A stretch of DNA of 64,000 bases from the human T2T-CHM13v2.0 reference genome, Homo sapiens (GCA_009914755.4 CP068257.2:21984001-22048000), one strand, 5' to 3'; shown: positions 28,930-46,691, counted from the stretch's first letter. Notes: a model not told the origin generated them from the letters alone. Translations and numbers: made by a program.

Positions 28930-29053
28930 TTACAGAGATATCTGATTGAAAGTACTGCCTCTGAGGTCATGCCTTCACTGACTTACCCAGAAAAGAGTTG
29001 ATGAAGGTATTACATTTCCCTAGTGGATTACAAAAATAAAAATAAATAAATAA

Positions 29054-29400
<347 letters not shown>

Positions 29401-30353
29401 CCAAATGCTTATTTTCTAAAGCCGATTTTCTGTGGAAAGTAATCATGTTTAATTTAAATCTGGGTTCCGCTATTAGATATAAAGGGGTAGCTTGATGAAG
29501 ACAAAGCCTCCCTCTGAGAAAAATTATAAAATCTGGATAATATACTAAGGGAAAAAAAATCAAAGAGCAATCCTCAAGACAGTTGTGAGATGGGTGGTGA
29601 ATGGGGTTGGTGTATACCTGACAAGCCCTGCCAGTTTTCCACGCCGTGAAGGTGCCAGTGTGTAAGCACTGGCAGATGTAGTAGGAAAGAGCTGGGGCAC
29701 AGCTCCTTTGTCAGTCTCTCCAAAGTGGAAGGACACACACAGTTGTTCAGAGCTATTTAAGTTAGTCAATGGAAGGATCAGGATTTCAATGGAAAGGAAC
29801 AGCAGAGAAGTGGAACACAACATTTACACCACCTTTTTGTTGAGGCTGATGCCCATTACTAAGCTGCTCAAAAGGAAGTGTTTGAGAAACTAAGTAATGA
29901 GTAAGAGGCTAAATATCTAAACAGAGCTATCAGCATGGTTAAGGTGTTGAGAAACTAATGAAACTTAAATTTTACCAAGGAAAGAATGGGACGTGTTAAA
30001 TATGTCATGTGTCACATAAAACCCCTAAAATACTATTTCCAAGGGACTGGAAAAAAACCAAGTAAAGAAATCGTCTACAACAAGCCTGAAATGTGGCCTG
30101 GGAACATGGGTGGCCCTGATGGCTCAAGGTAATTTCCCCTCACTCTGTCTACCACAGTATATCTATATCTAAATCTACATGTATATCTATGTAGCTATAT
30201 CTACATATTTCAATAATCTATCTATATCTATCCACCTACCTACCTTTCTGTGTCTTTTCTAATGTAAATAATACACTGCTGAGAAGATTGGTTAATAAAG
30301 AAATTCTAGGCCTGTGGCTTCACCACTGAAATCTTCTGAACATTTAAGGATGA

Positions 30354-31110
<757 letters not shown>

Positions 31111-33639
31111 AGACCTGTTGTTATTACTACTTAATAGTGATTTATAAGTTGATAACCATTTTGGAATATTATAGTGCCTGGGAAGTCCAAATGAATAATA
31201 AATTTGTTATACAGTAATTGTATCTATTTTTATTTTTTAATAATTTTGATGGTGAACTACTTTTGTGCTGCTACATGTATGTTCAGTGTATTCCCTAGCT
31301 CTTTATAAGTTTTAAAATTACAAATTGATTTCTTGTAGTCCTTCATAAATTAAAGGAAAAAGATTTACATAAATTATTTTGAAGGGTCTGTGCTTGAGGC
31401 ATATTATATAATTGAGAGCTTTAGACAAATGTATATCCATTTTTGCAAAATGAATGTTTATCAACTAGTTAACACATTGAATTTTGTTATTTTTATGCTC
31501 TAAACAGTAATGATTTAGCTTTATAAGGCAAAGTTTTGTCAATTTTAATTCAACCATAGATTCTTAGTGTTCTAAAAAATCCTCAGAAGGAAGGGGAGAA
31601 AATTAACAGTCAAAACTTTTAGCAATATTGTTTCAACCATATATATTATTTAATCTGGAGATGGAAGAGTAAAATATTTGGCAAATATCCTATATGTTTT
31701 TTTCAAGGGTTCTAAAAAATAGCAGGTTTACTTAGGAAAGGAAGTTGACAGGTCTCATTAATCTTTTGTTATAAAATTACATAATTCATGCTTCCACAAT
31801 TATGCATTGGACACAGTTCTAACCCCATTAACAACGAAAGGCATCAAAATGTTTGAATGCGGACAACTGAACTATTAAAAAACAAACTTTCCTTTTTTCT
31901 GTTCTGTGTGCAATATATTCTTCTTAATTATAAGAATAAAATATTTGAAACCATCACTGAATTCAGTTAGGAAAAGTTTTCAGACATTTCCGGTGTGACC
32001 ACTAGCCTGTATGTATATATATTCTTAAAGTTATATACCTTGAAATCTGTTTTTCACTAGGAATCACTGTTAACCTGTGTTATTTTATATGATTATAACA
32101 AATCATATCAGCATGTCTATATACTTCTTTAAAAATCCCAAAACAATATACAATTAAAGGGAAGTCACACACAGAAGGTACATAATTTTCGCCCACTAAG
32201 TACTACCAATACCCAGCATTCACTGACTTAAAGTGTAAATTACTTTAATTTCATTTATTTACAGAGGTTTAGTACCCCTCCAAGGTGTCTTACAAATTCC
32301 CAGCTTTCTATTGAGTTCTTAGACCTAATTATGTTTCTCTTTGTTACAGCGGTTCCCTACATTTGACCTCAGGATCCTTTGCCCGTGTCCATACACTTTG
32401 CCACACTGTGTTTCCTCTATTGGCATCGTTTTGCATATGATAGAGCTTCTGAAAAGAAAAACAAGTTCATATCACTGTTGCAGCTTGAACAAAAGAAGCA
32501 TGTCTTACACACAGCAGAGTCAAACTCCCTGTTGTATGTGGTCAAAATGCACCCATGGTACTCAGAGTTTGACAGTGTTTTACTCTAAGGGGTTCCACAA
32601 ATAAAGCCAATTAGTAATTATACTTTATGAAAAGCTCAATAACTGAGGAAATACTGCAATTTGTTTCAAGTACAAAAAACGGGCATTGTCTGTGGTAAGA
32701 GATGATGGACTTTTTTCTTTCTGTAAAATTTTATGAACTCCTTCTACTTGTAAAACGATATTCCCTTCATACGAATGTATGTTAATGTTTTTAGAGCAAA
32801 ACTATTTAAAACTCACCCAGGATAAAATCATCCCAGCTAACTTTCATCCTTTGAGAAAAGAAAATATGATAAATTAGTTTTTATTATTCATTTTAATACA
32901 AAATGGTTCTAAAAACTGAAAATAATATATACGCATATACATTTATTTATTTACTCGGTGACAATACTCAAAAATTTTTATGCAAAATATGTACTATCGT
33001 TACATCAACTGACAAGTGCCAAAATACCTTGTTTTAATGTTTTGGCATGATTGCACCTCAATATCACTTCTATTCCAGAAAACATAGAACTTTAACATAC
33101 TCATAATATTCTGAAAATAAAACAAAAGCTTACTCTTTGTAAAACAAAGTTTTGAAACAAGCTTTAAAAAAAGTGTCAAATGTTTACAAATATATATGAT
33201 TGTGTTTATGTGTGTACTATAGATCACCAGGGAGAAGATTGAGTTTTGTTTTTGTTTTGTTATTGTTTCAATGTTCCTTCTCCTAAAGCCCAGTCATTTT
33301 CTCCTTGTAAATTCTTTCAGATGCATAATTCCGTGATAACTTCCTTCATAGTCATTCTTCAGTCTCTTCCTCATCTACTTCACCCTGAATGCTTCTGTGT
33401 GTTTAATATGCATAGAACATCATTGTAACCATAAATTACTTGCTCTGAAGCTTATAATTATTGTCTATTCATTCTCGTTCGGTTCAATTTTTTTTATTCT
33501 CCAATCTTTAGTCTCTGTTTCAGTCAGGAAGATTTTCTGTACCCACCTTTTTTATGTCTGCTTTTGAACCTATCAGAGATGTTCCCACACCTTAAAAGTC
33601 TCCCTAGTTTTATTAGTTAGGGTTCTGCATACAGATAGA

Positions 33640-33867
33640 AGCAACACTATGTAGATAGATATATAAGAGGAAACTTACTGTGAGAATTGGCTCACCTGAT
33701 TCTGGAGGCTGAGAAGTCTCCAGATACGTCTTCCACAAGGTCAAGACCCAGGAAAGCCAGCGGGTTAACTCATTCTGAGTCCCAAGGCCTGAGAACCGGA
33801 GGAACCAGTGTCAGACAGGAGAAGATGGATGTCAAGAAGAGCAGGAGAATTTGGGCCAAGGGTAATA
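33640..33867. mobile_element. LTR-class (ERVL/MaLR-like) interspersed repeat fragment, family unresolved, truncated by an Alu
   Basis: ttagggttctgcatacagatagaagcaac ... gaattggctcacctgattctggaggctgagaagtctccagatacgtcttccacaaggtcaagacccaggaaagccagcgggttaactcattctgagtcccaaggcctgagaacc resembles a very common mammalian repeat (ttagggttctccagagaaacagaaccaatag ... gaattggctcacatgattatggaggctgagaagtcccacgatctgccgtctgcaagctggagacccaggaaagc). Confidence 0.35.
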
Positions 33868-34185
33868 GCTTACACCAGTAATCCCAGAACTTCGGGAGTC
33901 CGCTGCAGGTGGATTGCTTGAACCCAGCAGTTGGAGACCAGCCTGACAACATGGACAAACCCCATCTATACAAAAAATAAAATATAAAATAAAATAAAAT
34001 AATAAAATTAAATTAAAATAAAATAAAATAAAGTAAAATAAATAAGTGGGCTGTGATGGCATGCTCCTGTAGTCCCAGCTACTCAGAGGCTGAGGTTGGG
34101 AGGATGGCCTGAGGCTGTAGTGAGCCGTGATCCTGCCACTGCACTCCAACCTAGGTGACAGAGTGAGAGACTCTGTCTCAAATAA
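33868..34185 (+). mobile_element. Old Alu (AluJ/FLAM-like), 5'-truncated, with an (AAAAT)n-expanded middle linker
   Basis: agtaatcccagaacttcgggagtccgctgcaggtggattgcttgaacccagcagttggagaccagcctgacaacatggacaaaccccatctatacaaaaaat, then an (aaaat)n run at 33965-34050, then gtgggctgtgatggcatgctcctgtagtcccagctactcagaggctgaggttgggaggatggcctgaggctgtagtgagccgtgatcctgccactgcactccaacctaggtgacagagtgagagactctgtctc. Confidence 0.85.
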
Positions 34186-36484
34186 ATGTAAAATAATCAA
34201 AGAAAAAACAAAAAGAATTTTATTCTATCTGGGCCCTCAAATGATTGGATGATGTCCTCCCACCTTGGTGTATATGTAGACATATATACTATATATACGT
34301 ACTGTGGAATTCTGTAATTTAAACATAGATGCTGAGAATCTGCAATTTCATTGAATTTGGGGGCAAATGTAATCTTCTTTTATCCATAATCTGTGGCAAA
34401 TAGGATACAGCACTTCTCTTCTGCTAACTCTCCAGGTACATCTGCCACCACACTTCTTCCATACTATGCAAGTACAGCTCCCATATGAATTCTGCTTAAA
34501 TCACCAGGCCTCACATGAGCACACTGATCTCCACTACTTTGCAGACTAGTTACCAATTCTTGAACATTTCAACTTGGTTTAAATTGCAAGAACATATATT
34601 AGTATTTTACCAACACTTTTCAAACAGCTTTTGTTTTCCTGAGTAACATGAGATCCCTCAGTAGGAAAATTATAATTATTTTCTTCTGATGGATTAAGAG
34701 GTTGAGATCTTAGAGTAGTGATGTCCTCAGGATCACGTATGAAATAAGGATTAAAGTCAGATTCTGTAATGTAGAAGGCTTTTATTATCATTACCCAGAT
34801 GCTTCCCAAAGGAGTAAAATTTACTTGGGTAAACTGTAACTCTTTTTTTGAGTAGATAATTGTATACAAATCTTTAGATTTCAGTTATATCAGTAACAAT
34901 AGTTCCTTGCTTTAAAAATTGTAAAATTGTTCTATATTCATTATCTCTCCACTTATATATCATTCTATTCACATGGATTTTCTAGCTTTCCCAATACCTG
35001 GATATGTTTGCATTTGTATTAAATAGTATATTAAATGTAGTCAAATATAGTCAAAATCAGTATCTTCTTTTAAATCATTGTCTGGTTCTCCTTCAATTGT
35101 TTCTAATTATTGTTTTACTGTTTCGTAGAGTCTCCACTAGATCATGACAATTTTTTTCATAAAAGTAAGTCACTAAGTTTATATAAAACTTCTCTCTTAA
35201 AATTGAGAATAGTGCTTGATAGATAAATGACTATAGAAGAACATTAGAACTATTAGACATTAAGAAAATAAAATGTGATGTTTTAGAAAAAAAAAAAAAC
35301 CTTGATTAAAAAAATCAATTGGCATCTGTTTGCTTTGTGCCCATACATTTCAGAGACTTTGATAAAAATAATATAGAGAATTTTGATGAGTACAGTGTAA
35401 GATTGAAATGCAGCAATAAAACAGTTGGAAAGAAACATTATATTTTCTTTGCTAGAACAGTGGTACAATAGCATATAAGCCACAAAAAAAAATATGCCTT
35501 ATCAATGCTTTTTCTAGGTGAAACTTATCCTAGCTTCTAAAGGGTTTTCTGATTATGATCTGCATATGACAAAAACGTTTCATGCTCGTGCTATCAAATA
35601 AATAATCCATATGAAAGTGCATAACTTTATTCTTAGAATAGCAACGAGTCATAATCTCAAAGTTTATTGAGGCAATTCCAATTTCTTTCAAGCAATAAAG
35701 TGAATTTAGATAAGTATTTTCTAAACACACAATTAAAAAACATTAAAAAATTAACTCTTGCATTTGTCATATTAACCTTTCTACATTTTTAGTTTTCAGA
35801 GAAAAAATAAAAATAAAAACACCACTGACATGCCTCATAGAGCAGCAACAAAATTAGAACATTGTGCCTTGGCAAAGAGAAGAGAAGCGCATAAGCATAA
35901 AAATCCTCAAGCAATTGCTTTAGTTGTTCTATTTCAAAAATATGTGTGTGTATTTGTGTGTTTGTGTGTCTATTCATGCATCTATAAATTAGATATAAGT
36001 ATATGTATAAATGTACGTATGTATACGTGTTTATTGTTTTAGACTACAATAACAAAACATTATAGATTGGGTGACTTAAATAACAGATAGGTATTTATCA
36101 CAGTTCTCAAGGCTGGAAAGTTCAGAGTCAAGGTGCATACCAATTGGGTTCCTGATGAGGGCTTTCTTCTTGATTTACAGACCATGGTCTTTTTGTTCTG
36201 GCTCACATGGCAGAAAAGGATAGAGCTCTCTGGTGTCTCTTTTTCTAAAGATATTAATTCTGTCAAACCAGAGCTCCACTCTCAGTGACCTCATCTAACC
36301 CAAATTACTTCTCAAAAGCTCCATCTCAAAATACCATCACATTGATGGTCAGAATTTTGAGGGTGGGAATCCATAGGCGTTATGTATAAATATGAATATA
36401 CAGATAGAATTACACATATTTACATGTGTATATATTTGTATTCATCATTCATTTATTCAAAAATAGCTCAAATAATTTAGTTAG

Positions 36485-37094
<610 letters not shown>

Positions 37095-38251
37095 TTAATT
37101 TTCTAGTAGTCACATAAAATATAAAAAGTAAAAGATGAAAATTAAGTATATCTTTTTACTTTAATATTATTTCTATTGTAATCACTGCCAAAATTATCGA
37201 TGAAATATTTTACATTATTTTTCATATTAAAGCTTGCATATCAGTATGTATTTCATATCTGCAGCTCATCTCAATTAGGATTAACAATATTTCAAATTTT
37301 CAATAGTCATATGTGGCTACTTGATATCATATTGGATCACACAGCTCTAGAACGACTTAAGGAAACACTTAATCCATTTCCACTTTAAATTGTTGCTTTA
37401 ACAGAATTATCTTCCAGAAAAGCCATGTCCTCTGAGAACAATATAAAGGAACATTCACACTTAAACTCTCAGCTACTTTTGGCAAATAAATATTTTGACT
37501 AATTTAGGATATACAGGATAATATAAAATATCCTATACAGATATCTTAAAGCTGGTGTTAACGCAAATCAATGTCTTTTATGAAAAATGTCTAAGCAGAT
37601 CATATACTGCAAAAAGAAACTGAAAATGTTTCAAGTGCCTCATTTTGCTCATAAGATTGACACAAAGCAGGTTCAATTGCTTAAGAAGAAAAGAAACCAG
37701 GGGAGAAAAGGAAGTGGAAAACCCGGGAGACTTTAGAGCACTGAATGACTGAATCCAGAGCCTCAAGTGTTTCAACAAGGAGAGTTTAAATAGTGGTTTG
37801 AGCTTGAGAGACTGTGAATGCTAGGAGCTATTAAAGCTATAAAGATTGCATTCTGAAGCTGTTTATTCCTGAAAGTGAGTGGGGAAATCTCAGGGTCAAA
37901 GGAAAACAGAACTGAATGAGCTTCTGGAGTACCTCGGGATTAGGGGTTTGCTTTTACAATACTGTATTTTCCTATGGTAGAAGATGAAAATATGGAGAGA
38001 AAAATACAAGCATTTTTCTCAGATTCAGAAAGGAGAAATAGGTAGCAACAGTTACTGAGAAAGGTCAAAATCGTGACATTGGGAGTTAGCTTAATGCACC
38101 CAGAGTTTGAACTTTTTTTTTTTTTTGATTAATGAAATTCTTCAACCTACAAAATTGGACACCAATTGGAAAAGTTTCTCTCACAAAATTGTCCCTGTTG
38201 TGTAACTCTTGGTGAGGCATTTTCAAGGTTTTGATACTTCTGTTTATATAA

Positions 38252-38606
<355 letters not shown>

Positions 38607-41600
38607 ACCTTAAAAAGTAAATTTTTAATTGTATTATTTGGTGAAGGGAAAAGGGCAGGAAAAAAAAAAAGTAAATTTAAGTCGAGAAGCCAATTTTTTT
38701 AATCCTTCTACTTATCTCTCCAGAAACCTTTGTCCGGGGCATCCTATCTTAATGACATCCTCCACCAGGGTCCTGTTCTATATGAACTTACCCTCTGAGA
38801 AATATGTGCATTTAAAAATACCAAGGGAGAAGAAACAAATGGATTTATTTAATAAAACGTAAAAGTTTTGAAATCTGAATTCGAAGACACTACTTTAGAA
38901 AGCTGGGATTTTTCCCACCACTCTTCACATCTTATCAAACATGCAATTGCCCATATATGACAGGCTCAGAATTGATCATCCTATCTTTAGTAAGTTAGGA
39001 GAAAGTAACAGTAGCAATGGAATGCTAATTATAATAGCAATGATCAGAGAGGGGAGAGAATTCAATCACGCATATTCCATGGACATAAAAATAATTGTAA
39101 TCCATTAAAATTGTAGATTTTGTCATTCGAAGTAGTTGAAGTCAACACACATTCCCATAGTACTTTCTTCTAGTAAACGCTGACAGCTGTCAATCCTCCT
39201 GCTATCTCCTCCCAAAGCACAGTAAAAATAAAAATGTAATAATGTAATTTTTGTCCCAAGACAAGCTAGTTACATTTTCTATTCGGAAACCAATTTCCAA
39301 CTCTGCAACAAGAAGCAATTTATTTCTATTTTCATTCTTTACGACAGCATACTCTTTTGATAAGAATCATTGATTGCCGGATACATATATATTTTTTCTA
39401 CATGTGGTCATATGGGCATCCTGTCCTCATCGCCCTATACTCTCCTGAATGAGGAGATTCCATCTGCTCATTGACCGTGAAGTTTTTATATTTCTCCAAA
39501 TATTTTTCTAAAAATATATGTACATTAGTACTGATTCAAAGTACAACTTAATTGCGCTATTGTGTCAACATTAAATATCAAATGTGAAAAAATTCAATAA
39601 TAAGGCACTTCTTGTGCTTTGTTGCTTCTGTAAGGAAATAAAAGTTTAAAATGTTACTCTTTGTCAAAACTAATATCCTAAATTTTTAATGAGCTCTACC
39701 AAGTATTTGAATAACTGTGAAAAATAAACATCATGATTCATTTAACCCATGTTTAGGGTATTTGATTTTAATGCTTTTTGGTTTGTATAGCAATATAAGA
39801 CAGAAACCAATCTTGAAACAACATCTATCATGGAGATGTCATAATATATAAATGTTTTGATTTAGGGAAAAAAGTAAAATATATTAAATTTTATGGAATG
39901 AGTTAGAGAATAAATAAAATTTAGACATAAAAGCTCTTAACAGAACTGAGAGTCTTAGAATGTTGCTTTTAAGGATCTTCAAAGAATAGCCAAACCAATT
40001 TTTCTCCATTAGTGTTATCAGTTGTGTGTGTAAGCCCAGTATTCTATTTTTAATCACAGTTTGGATAGCTATTCACTTGGCACATTCTTAAACAGTCTGT
40101 TCCCTGTCACTCTACTGAAAAGAAATCTAATTCTAATTGATCAACTTGTAATTATGAAGACAGAACTTGTTTTATTGATTTTATAATTATTTCATAAATA
40201 AATGTCAAAGTTTTAGTTTATTCATTCATATAATAAATACTAGTTTTCAGAAATCCAATTGCCAGGGAAAGAATGAAGGAGAAAATACAGAGAACAAATG
40301 GCTAAAAGAGTTGAAATAAATGTCCTACAATGTCAATTCCAAAATAAGTAAGCAGCAGCCACTTTTCTTGATGACTAGCTAAAAATAGTTAATAAACTGC
40401 TATAAAAATTGGCAAGTGTGGGAATGTGTAAACCAAGATATCCAAGTATTCGATGTGTACAAACTTATATATTAGATCTTTAAGCTATTTCTGATACCTT
40501 GGAGCAAGTCTACAATAAAGAAAAGTTGACAGAGTTCCAACAAAAGTCAATCATTAATGGTGACTTATTTATACAAAGGGTGCAAGGAAGAAGAATCTCT
40601 GTAAGTCAATTATTGATGCCTTGCTTATGAAATAAATTAAAGAGGGTCACATTGCACTTCTTTATCACTTGTCAAATAAAATAATGCTTGCTGACTTTTT
40701 AACATGTTGAAATGTCAGGATAATTTTAAGTGACTTATATCAATATATAAGCCCAAGATGAATCAAGTGAAAAATGGGCCATCTGTCATCAAATCTTATG
40801 AAGGATACTTACAATCTGAAAGTGAATATTAATTATATTTCCATTTGATTTATGACGTTAAAAATTGAAATATCACACATAGTTGTGAACTAATGAATCA
40901 ATATTTGCTAAAAGTTCTGGAAAAACATTAGGCAGTGATATTCTCTTCAGTATAATAAATATACCTTTTATAAAAATTTAGTATTTGGTGGTATATATAA
41001 ATGCAGAATTCATTAATTCTTATAATTTTATGGACAATACAGACTCAAAAATAAGTAAGCAGTAAGCCATTTGTCTTGAAAATTAGGTAAAAATAGTGAA
41101 GAAACTGCTGTCCAAAGAAATTGTGATTATTCACAGCGATACATTTTCTAGGCTATTCAGTATAGTAATGAATTAATACAACAGTGGACTTAATATTTGC
41201 ACTCATTATAGTAATTTTGGCTTATTTATTTTCTCTAGCAGAGTTCCATGTATAGAACTGTAATTTCTCTAACTTAATTGTTTTGCAAAATGTGCAATTA
41301 TAAGATCAATCAAAGCTGTCAAATGCAGGGAATCTTGGGCTCAGATTTACACTAACTCCCCAAGCCAATAAGATTCTTCACCTCTGAGAGCTGTAATTTA
41401 ACTCTTTGTACAACGTAGGGAAGAAACAAGCTGGCGAGAAGTTGATCTTCACTGTTCACTGTGGGCCAGGGATTGTGGTATTTCCTGAGCAACTTCTCGT
41501 AATTTTCATAATGCTTTTTGGAATTATTAATAATTTGTTATAATCCATTATGCCGGTCTTTTAAAAATGAAAGTTATACTCAGGCATGTAAAATCATGAT

Positions 41601-44590
41601 CTGTATTAAAATAAGTATGGTCGTTCCAGTCATTAGGGTGTTTATATACATATTTATTTATCCTGTAGTTACAATAAACAAAAATCATGATAGTAACAAT
41701 AAAATAATAGCTATATGTTATAATTTTAAAAGTTCTCACAGTTTTCATATATAATTTATATATGTCACTTTACTTTGTTTTTCTGTGTTCTGTGTATTAT
41801 AGACTAATTTATTTTTTCACTTTACAGAAAAATTTCTGTGTAGTGAAATTTTCCAAAACCACAGTGGTAATGTGTAGCAGAGTAAAAGCTTAAACCGAGG
41901 ATATTGGTCTCCAAATATTATGCTTTTTATACTTTAAAATGTTGAGAATTATATTAGGATTTCATGGAGACATCCCACATGCAAGTCTCCAAATGACCAA
42001 CACCATGAGCCATTTAGCTAATATTAGAGTGCAAATCTGCAGGTATGAAGAAGTAGTTTATCTCTCTCCATGCAAAAAGGGCTCGTCACTGTAAGATTTT
42101 TAGTGTATTGCATGGTTTGCTTTATTCAGGCAGCATTCTCTCTGACTTGAGTAACTTGCTCAGCACCCCCATCCATAATGTCTAACATAAGGAGCCCCTC
42201 GTGGGATAATCCATTCTAAAAATTGCATATCCCATATTCCTGTAATTTTTGTTGTTTGAATAGTTTTAAATTAGAAACACATACATCTCACCATGTATTT
42301 TCATGTATAAGTAAATGTATTATTTGCTCTTATAGACACATTTAGGCAATACATAACATTCCAAAAGTGGTTTATGATTACTGACTTTGACTATTTTTGT
42401 TACCAAAGAACACACAAATTTAACACATTGTTGGGGTTAAAAAATTTAAGTGTACAGCTTGTAAAATTTATTTTCATATATTTTTCAATACTTTTCTTGG
42501 AACATATCTATATGTTTTTCTGTTAGAATAAAACTCACATATTTTGGCAAGCAATCAAATCTGAGCACATTTTCAGTTACATCTTGGAGAACAAATGACT
42601 TAAAATATAAATTAAAAATTAGTTTTTTTTAAGATATGAGATATTTCTGCATGTAAAAAGACCTCTTGAGGAGAAACTTAAAATTATATTTTTAGTGAGC
42701 TCAGAGTAGAGCTGAGAGTGTGGAAATCAGGTAAAATTTTCATATTATTAACTAGCTAACAAACAATGCTAATAAAATAATTGCATGCTACTTACTTTTC
42801 TAAAATGTGTAACAGAAATATATTTTTCTTCATGCTAAAATGTTTCACAGATACCTATATAAGTATCCAGATCCTTCAAAAAAGATATATAATAAACATA
42901 TTGGTTTAATGTATGCCAAAACCCAGAATTTCCTTATAGAATAAGCTTACCACAATGTTTAATGCCTGAAGATAAAAATCTTAACTTTTATATCTGGTTT
43001 TAATTTTCGTAAGTAGTAGATGTATTGGGTCTCTATCAGCTCCCGCAATTTTCTTTCCCACCTTTAGTACTAGGTTGCTTATTAAGATCAATAGAGTAAG
43101 AAATAATAAATAAAGTAGCTTAGATAGGTCTAGGTATACTGTTTCTGCCTATTCCTTTCATATACTCCTCCTGTATTTTCTTTTAAAATTGAATGACTGA
43201 TTTCATGACTTTCAGGTAAGTCTCAATAATGAATTGCATTAATAATGAAGAACCTACATACAGCTCTTTATTAATTATTTTGGCATATATTTTCTAATTC
43301 AAATTAGCCCACACTCTTGAGATTTAGATAATGATTAATGAGCAATTAGATATTCATCAAATGCCTACTATGACAGCGCCTATGCTTAGTACTGGGGAAA
43401 TAAAGCTGAACAACAGCAGCAAAGCCAAACTCCTGTAATTACAGAGCTACAAATTCATAGTAGAGTCAGGTAATAAGCACATAGTCAAACAAAGTAAAAT
43501 TGGTGCTCTAAGTGCCATGAAAGGAAATTAATGGCTATATGAAAACTGACAATAAGAAGTCTGACCCAATCATGCAGGTCTTAGAGGGGCCTTAGGAGAA
43601 ATTCCTGAAACTGAAACCTAAGGATAATAGAAAAAATGAATGGGGTGGAAAAATGATTCAGGCAAAGTTTTCTGTAGCTGTTGTGCCTGGCTTGGTGCAT
43701 GTAGTAAGGTAAACAGAGTTGGTGTGGTTCACATAGATAGAGTTGGAAGAACAATGACAAAGAATTAATGTGGAGATGTAGCTATGCTAACAGTAACTTC
43801 AAGTTAGGGCAAACAGCTAAATATGCATTTTAAAGCATTTCACTGGCTGCAGTGTTTGAAACGGTTGTGCATATGTGTACAAGGATATAAGATGGAGAAG
43901 AAAGATGTGGGGATATGAACTATTAAGTTATTGCAGCCACCTAGGGTAAAGATGAAATGGCTAAGCCTAGTAGGCAAATATGGAGAGATGGATAGACTTG
44001 AGATGTAGTTAAGAAAATAATGATGAAGTCTAGAAAAAAGGTAAATCTGATAGTAAAAAGGGGTGATGTAAAACATGATTCTTATGTTTCTGGCTTGCAT
44101 GATTAGAAGAATGATTATATCTTTTAATGAAAAAGGGATCATTGGATCACAATCAAGTTTTCTGGAGAATATCATGAGTTCAAACTTGGTTGCATTTACT
44201 GTGCGGTGGCTGTGGATACCCACGGGGAAGTGTATATAGGTAGTTGATTGAGCTCATAAGAGAGTTCTGAGCCAGAGTAATAAACTCGCGTTTCAACAGC
44301 GTAATATTAAGCAATAGAAGCTTTGCTTTCCATAAAAGCTTATGTTTCTAAAATGTGTTTTTAAATTTGTCATAATAATCTGATAGAGCCATACAAAAAT
44401 ATTGCAAAGTTTGTGTTTTGCAATTTTGTTGTAAACAGCAATATCTGCATGACACCTTGGGAAATAAATTTAATTTAGAGCTTTTAAAAGTTGCTACAGA
44501 GCTAGCTTTATGGGAGCTTAGATAAGATAGAAATAGAGAAAAAAATCAATCTTTTGTTTAAAACTCAATGCACATAATACACAGTATTCA

Positions 44591-44935
<345 letters not shown>

Positions 44936-44990
44936 CTAAAAAAGGCTAGTTTAATCACCAGCAAAGTTGTTTGTTGTGCATGTATTTTGG

Positions 44991-45010
44991 TGTATGTGTG
45001 TGTGTGTCTG
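44991..45010. repeat. Short (GT)n microsatellite
   Basis: gtgtatgtgtgtgtgtgtctg. Confidence 0.8.
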
Positions 45011-46691
45011 TCCATGTGATATAATAAACACTTATATATACACTCTAATTAATACTTACATATATTATAGCACACAAAATGTTCAAGGAAATATTCTATT
45101 TGCTTTATTTATGTGAACTCCGTTAATCCTCCAAACAACCCTATAAGGTAAGTATTTTTTGTTTTCCCATTCCGCATATGAAGAGAACAATCATAGGAAA
45201 GCTAAATGGCCTTTTAAAGCCCCTCCAGCTAGTAAAGGGATAAGCTAGAAATCAAACATTGGTGACCTGCTTTAGTGTTCTGCTCTGTGTACATTTCATT
45301 ATTGTTTTCCACTATTCACTCACTGCCTTCCTTGTAATAAGATTCCATACCCCATGGCATTGTCATGACTTGCATTGACTTCCTATGGGAGGAATACTCG
45401 CCCCCATCCCATCAGATCGTATTTGCTCATTTGATTTGTTCTGACCAATGAAATAGAAGCAGAAGTGACAGATACATTGCAAAACCGTACTCAAGGTGGC
45501 CTTGGACCAACCCAGTTTTTTCTCCCTTCTTGCTATAATATTCAAGAAAAACTAAGAATATGCTGGGAATACAACATCCCGAGCTAGGAGGGGAACTATT
45601 AAGAAGAGCCTGTGTTCTGTTCTTCTCTCTGCTAGAATAGGAGGTCCTTCAGTGCTTTAGCCTGTCTGGTCATGTTTTCCCTGAGGTACATAACCTGGGT
45701 TTGGTTGCCTTCCTTTAAGTGTTGCAAGTGGGAAGCATCCAAGTGAGACTCTATTCACCCGGGGCAGCTATCCTGAGTCCTGGGGCATTGTTTTACAGTA
45801 AATCCTAGGATTCTGTTGTCCCTTGTTGCTTATATATTGTAATAAATGCACTTTATGTAACTTGTTGCATATGAGTGTGTTCTGTCTCACTGAACTCAAG
45901 ACAAATTCATAACCAGTGCCCAGTGAACCTGCCCAACAGCCCTTTCTAACCATAGGGCTTAAGAGACATTGAGTGCATTTACCAGCTTTCTTACTTTCTC
46001 CTCCAACAACAGTATGTGACTGGCGGAGCTGCTCCTTCCACCTGGGTCCTAGAATAAGTCACATGAATAGAGACACTAACAACCAACAGCTCCTAATATA
46101 GCAAGTAAAAGGAAAATAAATGATTCTGATTTTAAGACAAGCATTATGAATGAGGAGAATTTAAATTAAATTTATTTTTTTCTTGTGGAGTGATAATGAA
46201 TAAAAAGCAGAGAACCACTGTTACCTACCAATGACATGCTGAAGTTTTCTGTCACCACAGTTTCACCTATAGAAACTTGACTGTTAAAAATTTTAAATAC
46301 TGTGTAATGACTCTTCATAAAAAATAAACCCACAAAACCCACCTCTTCATCCATAAGAAGAAAAGTGGTGTACTCAAGATGTTAAATGTTTTTATGCCAC
46401 CACATTTATACATAAATGTATAATATCACCACATGTAATTTTTATTTGAGTACACATTGCTTTACTGACTACATTTTCTCATTAAAACTATAACTTTTGC
46501 AGTATACTTTAGACAACTTGATATCTTCTGGTTTATTTAACGGGGAATCACTCATATAAAATATACTTAACTACTATACGTCTGACATATTTTAAATTTA
46601 ACAGTTTTATTTTACTGCAAGTTTAACAAGCGGAGAAATCTGGAAGAAACCCTCTTAAGTTAGTCTTCCAAATCAATACCATAACGCTCAA

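Noticed and set aside
43840-44223. 127-aa ORF on the minus strand in non-repeat AT-rich sequence.
   Set aside because: The composition is dominated by I/F/L/Y/N, as AT-rich random ORFs are. There is no Kozak-like context. No splice-compatible boundaries are recognised. There is no similarity to any protein family I know. The ORF is consistent with chance in 36 percent GC DNA.
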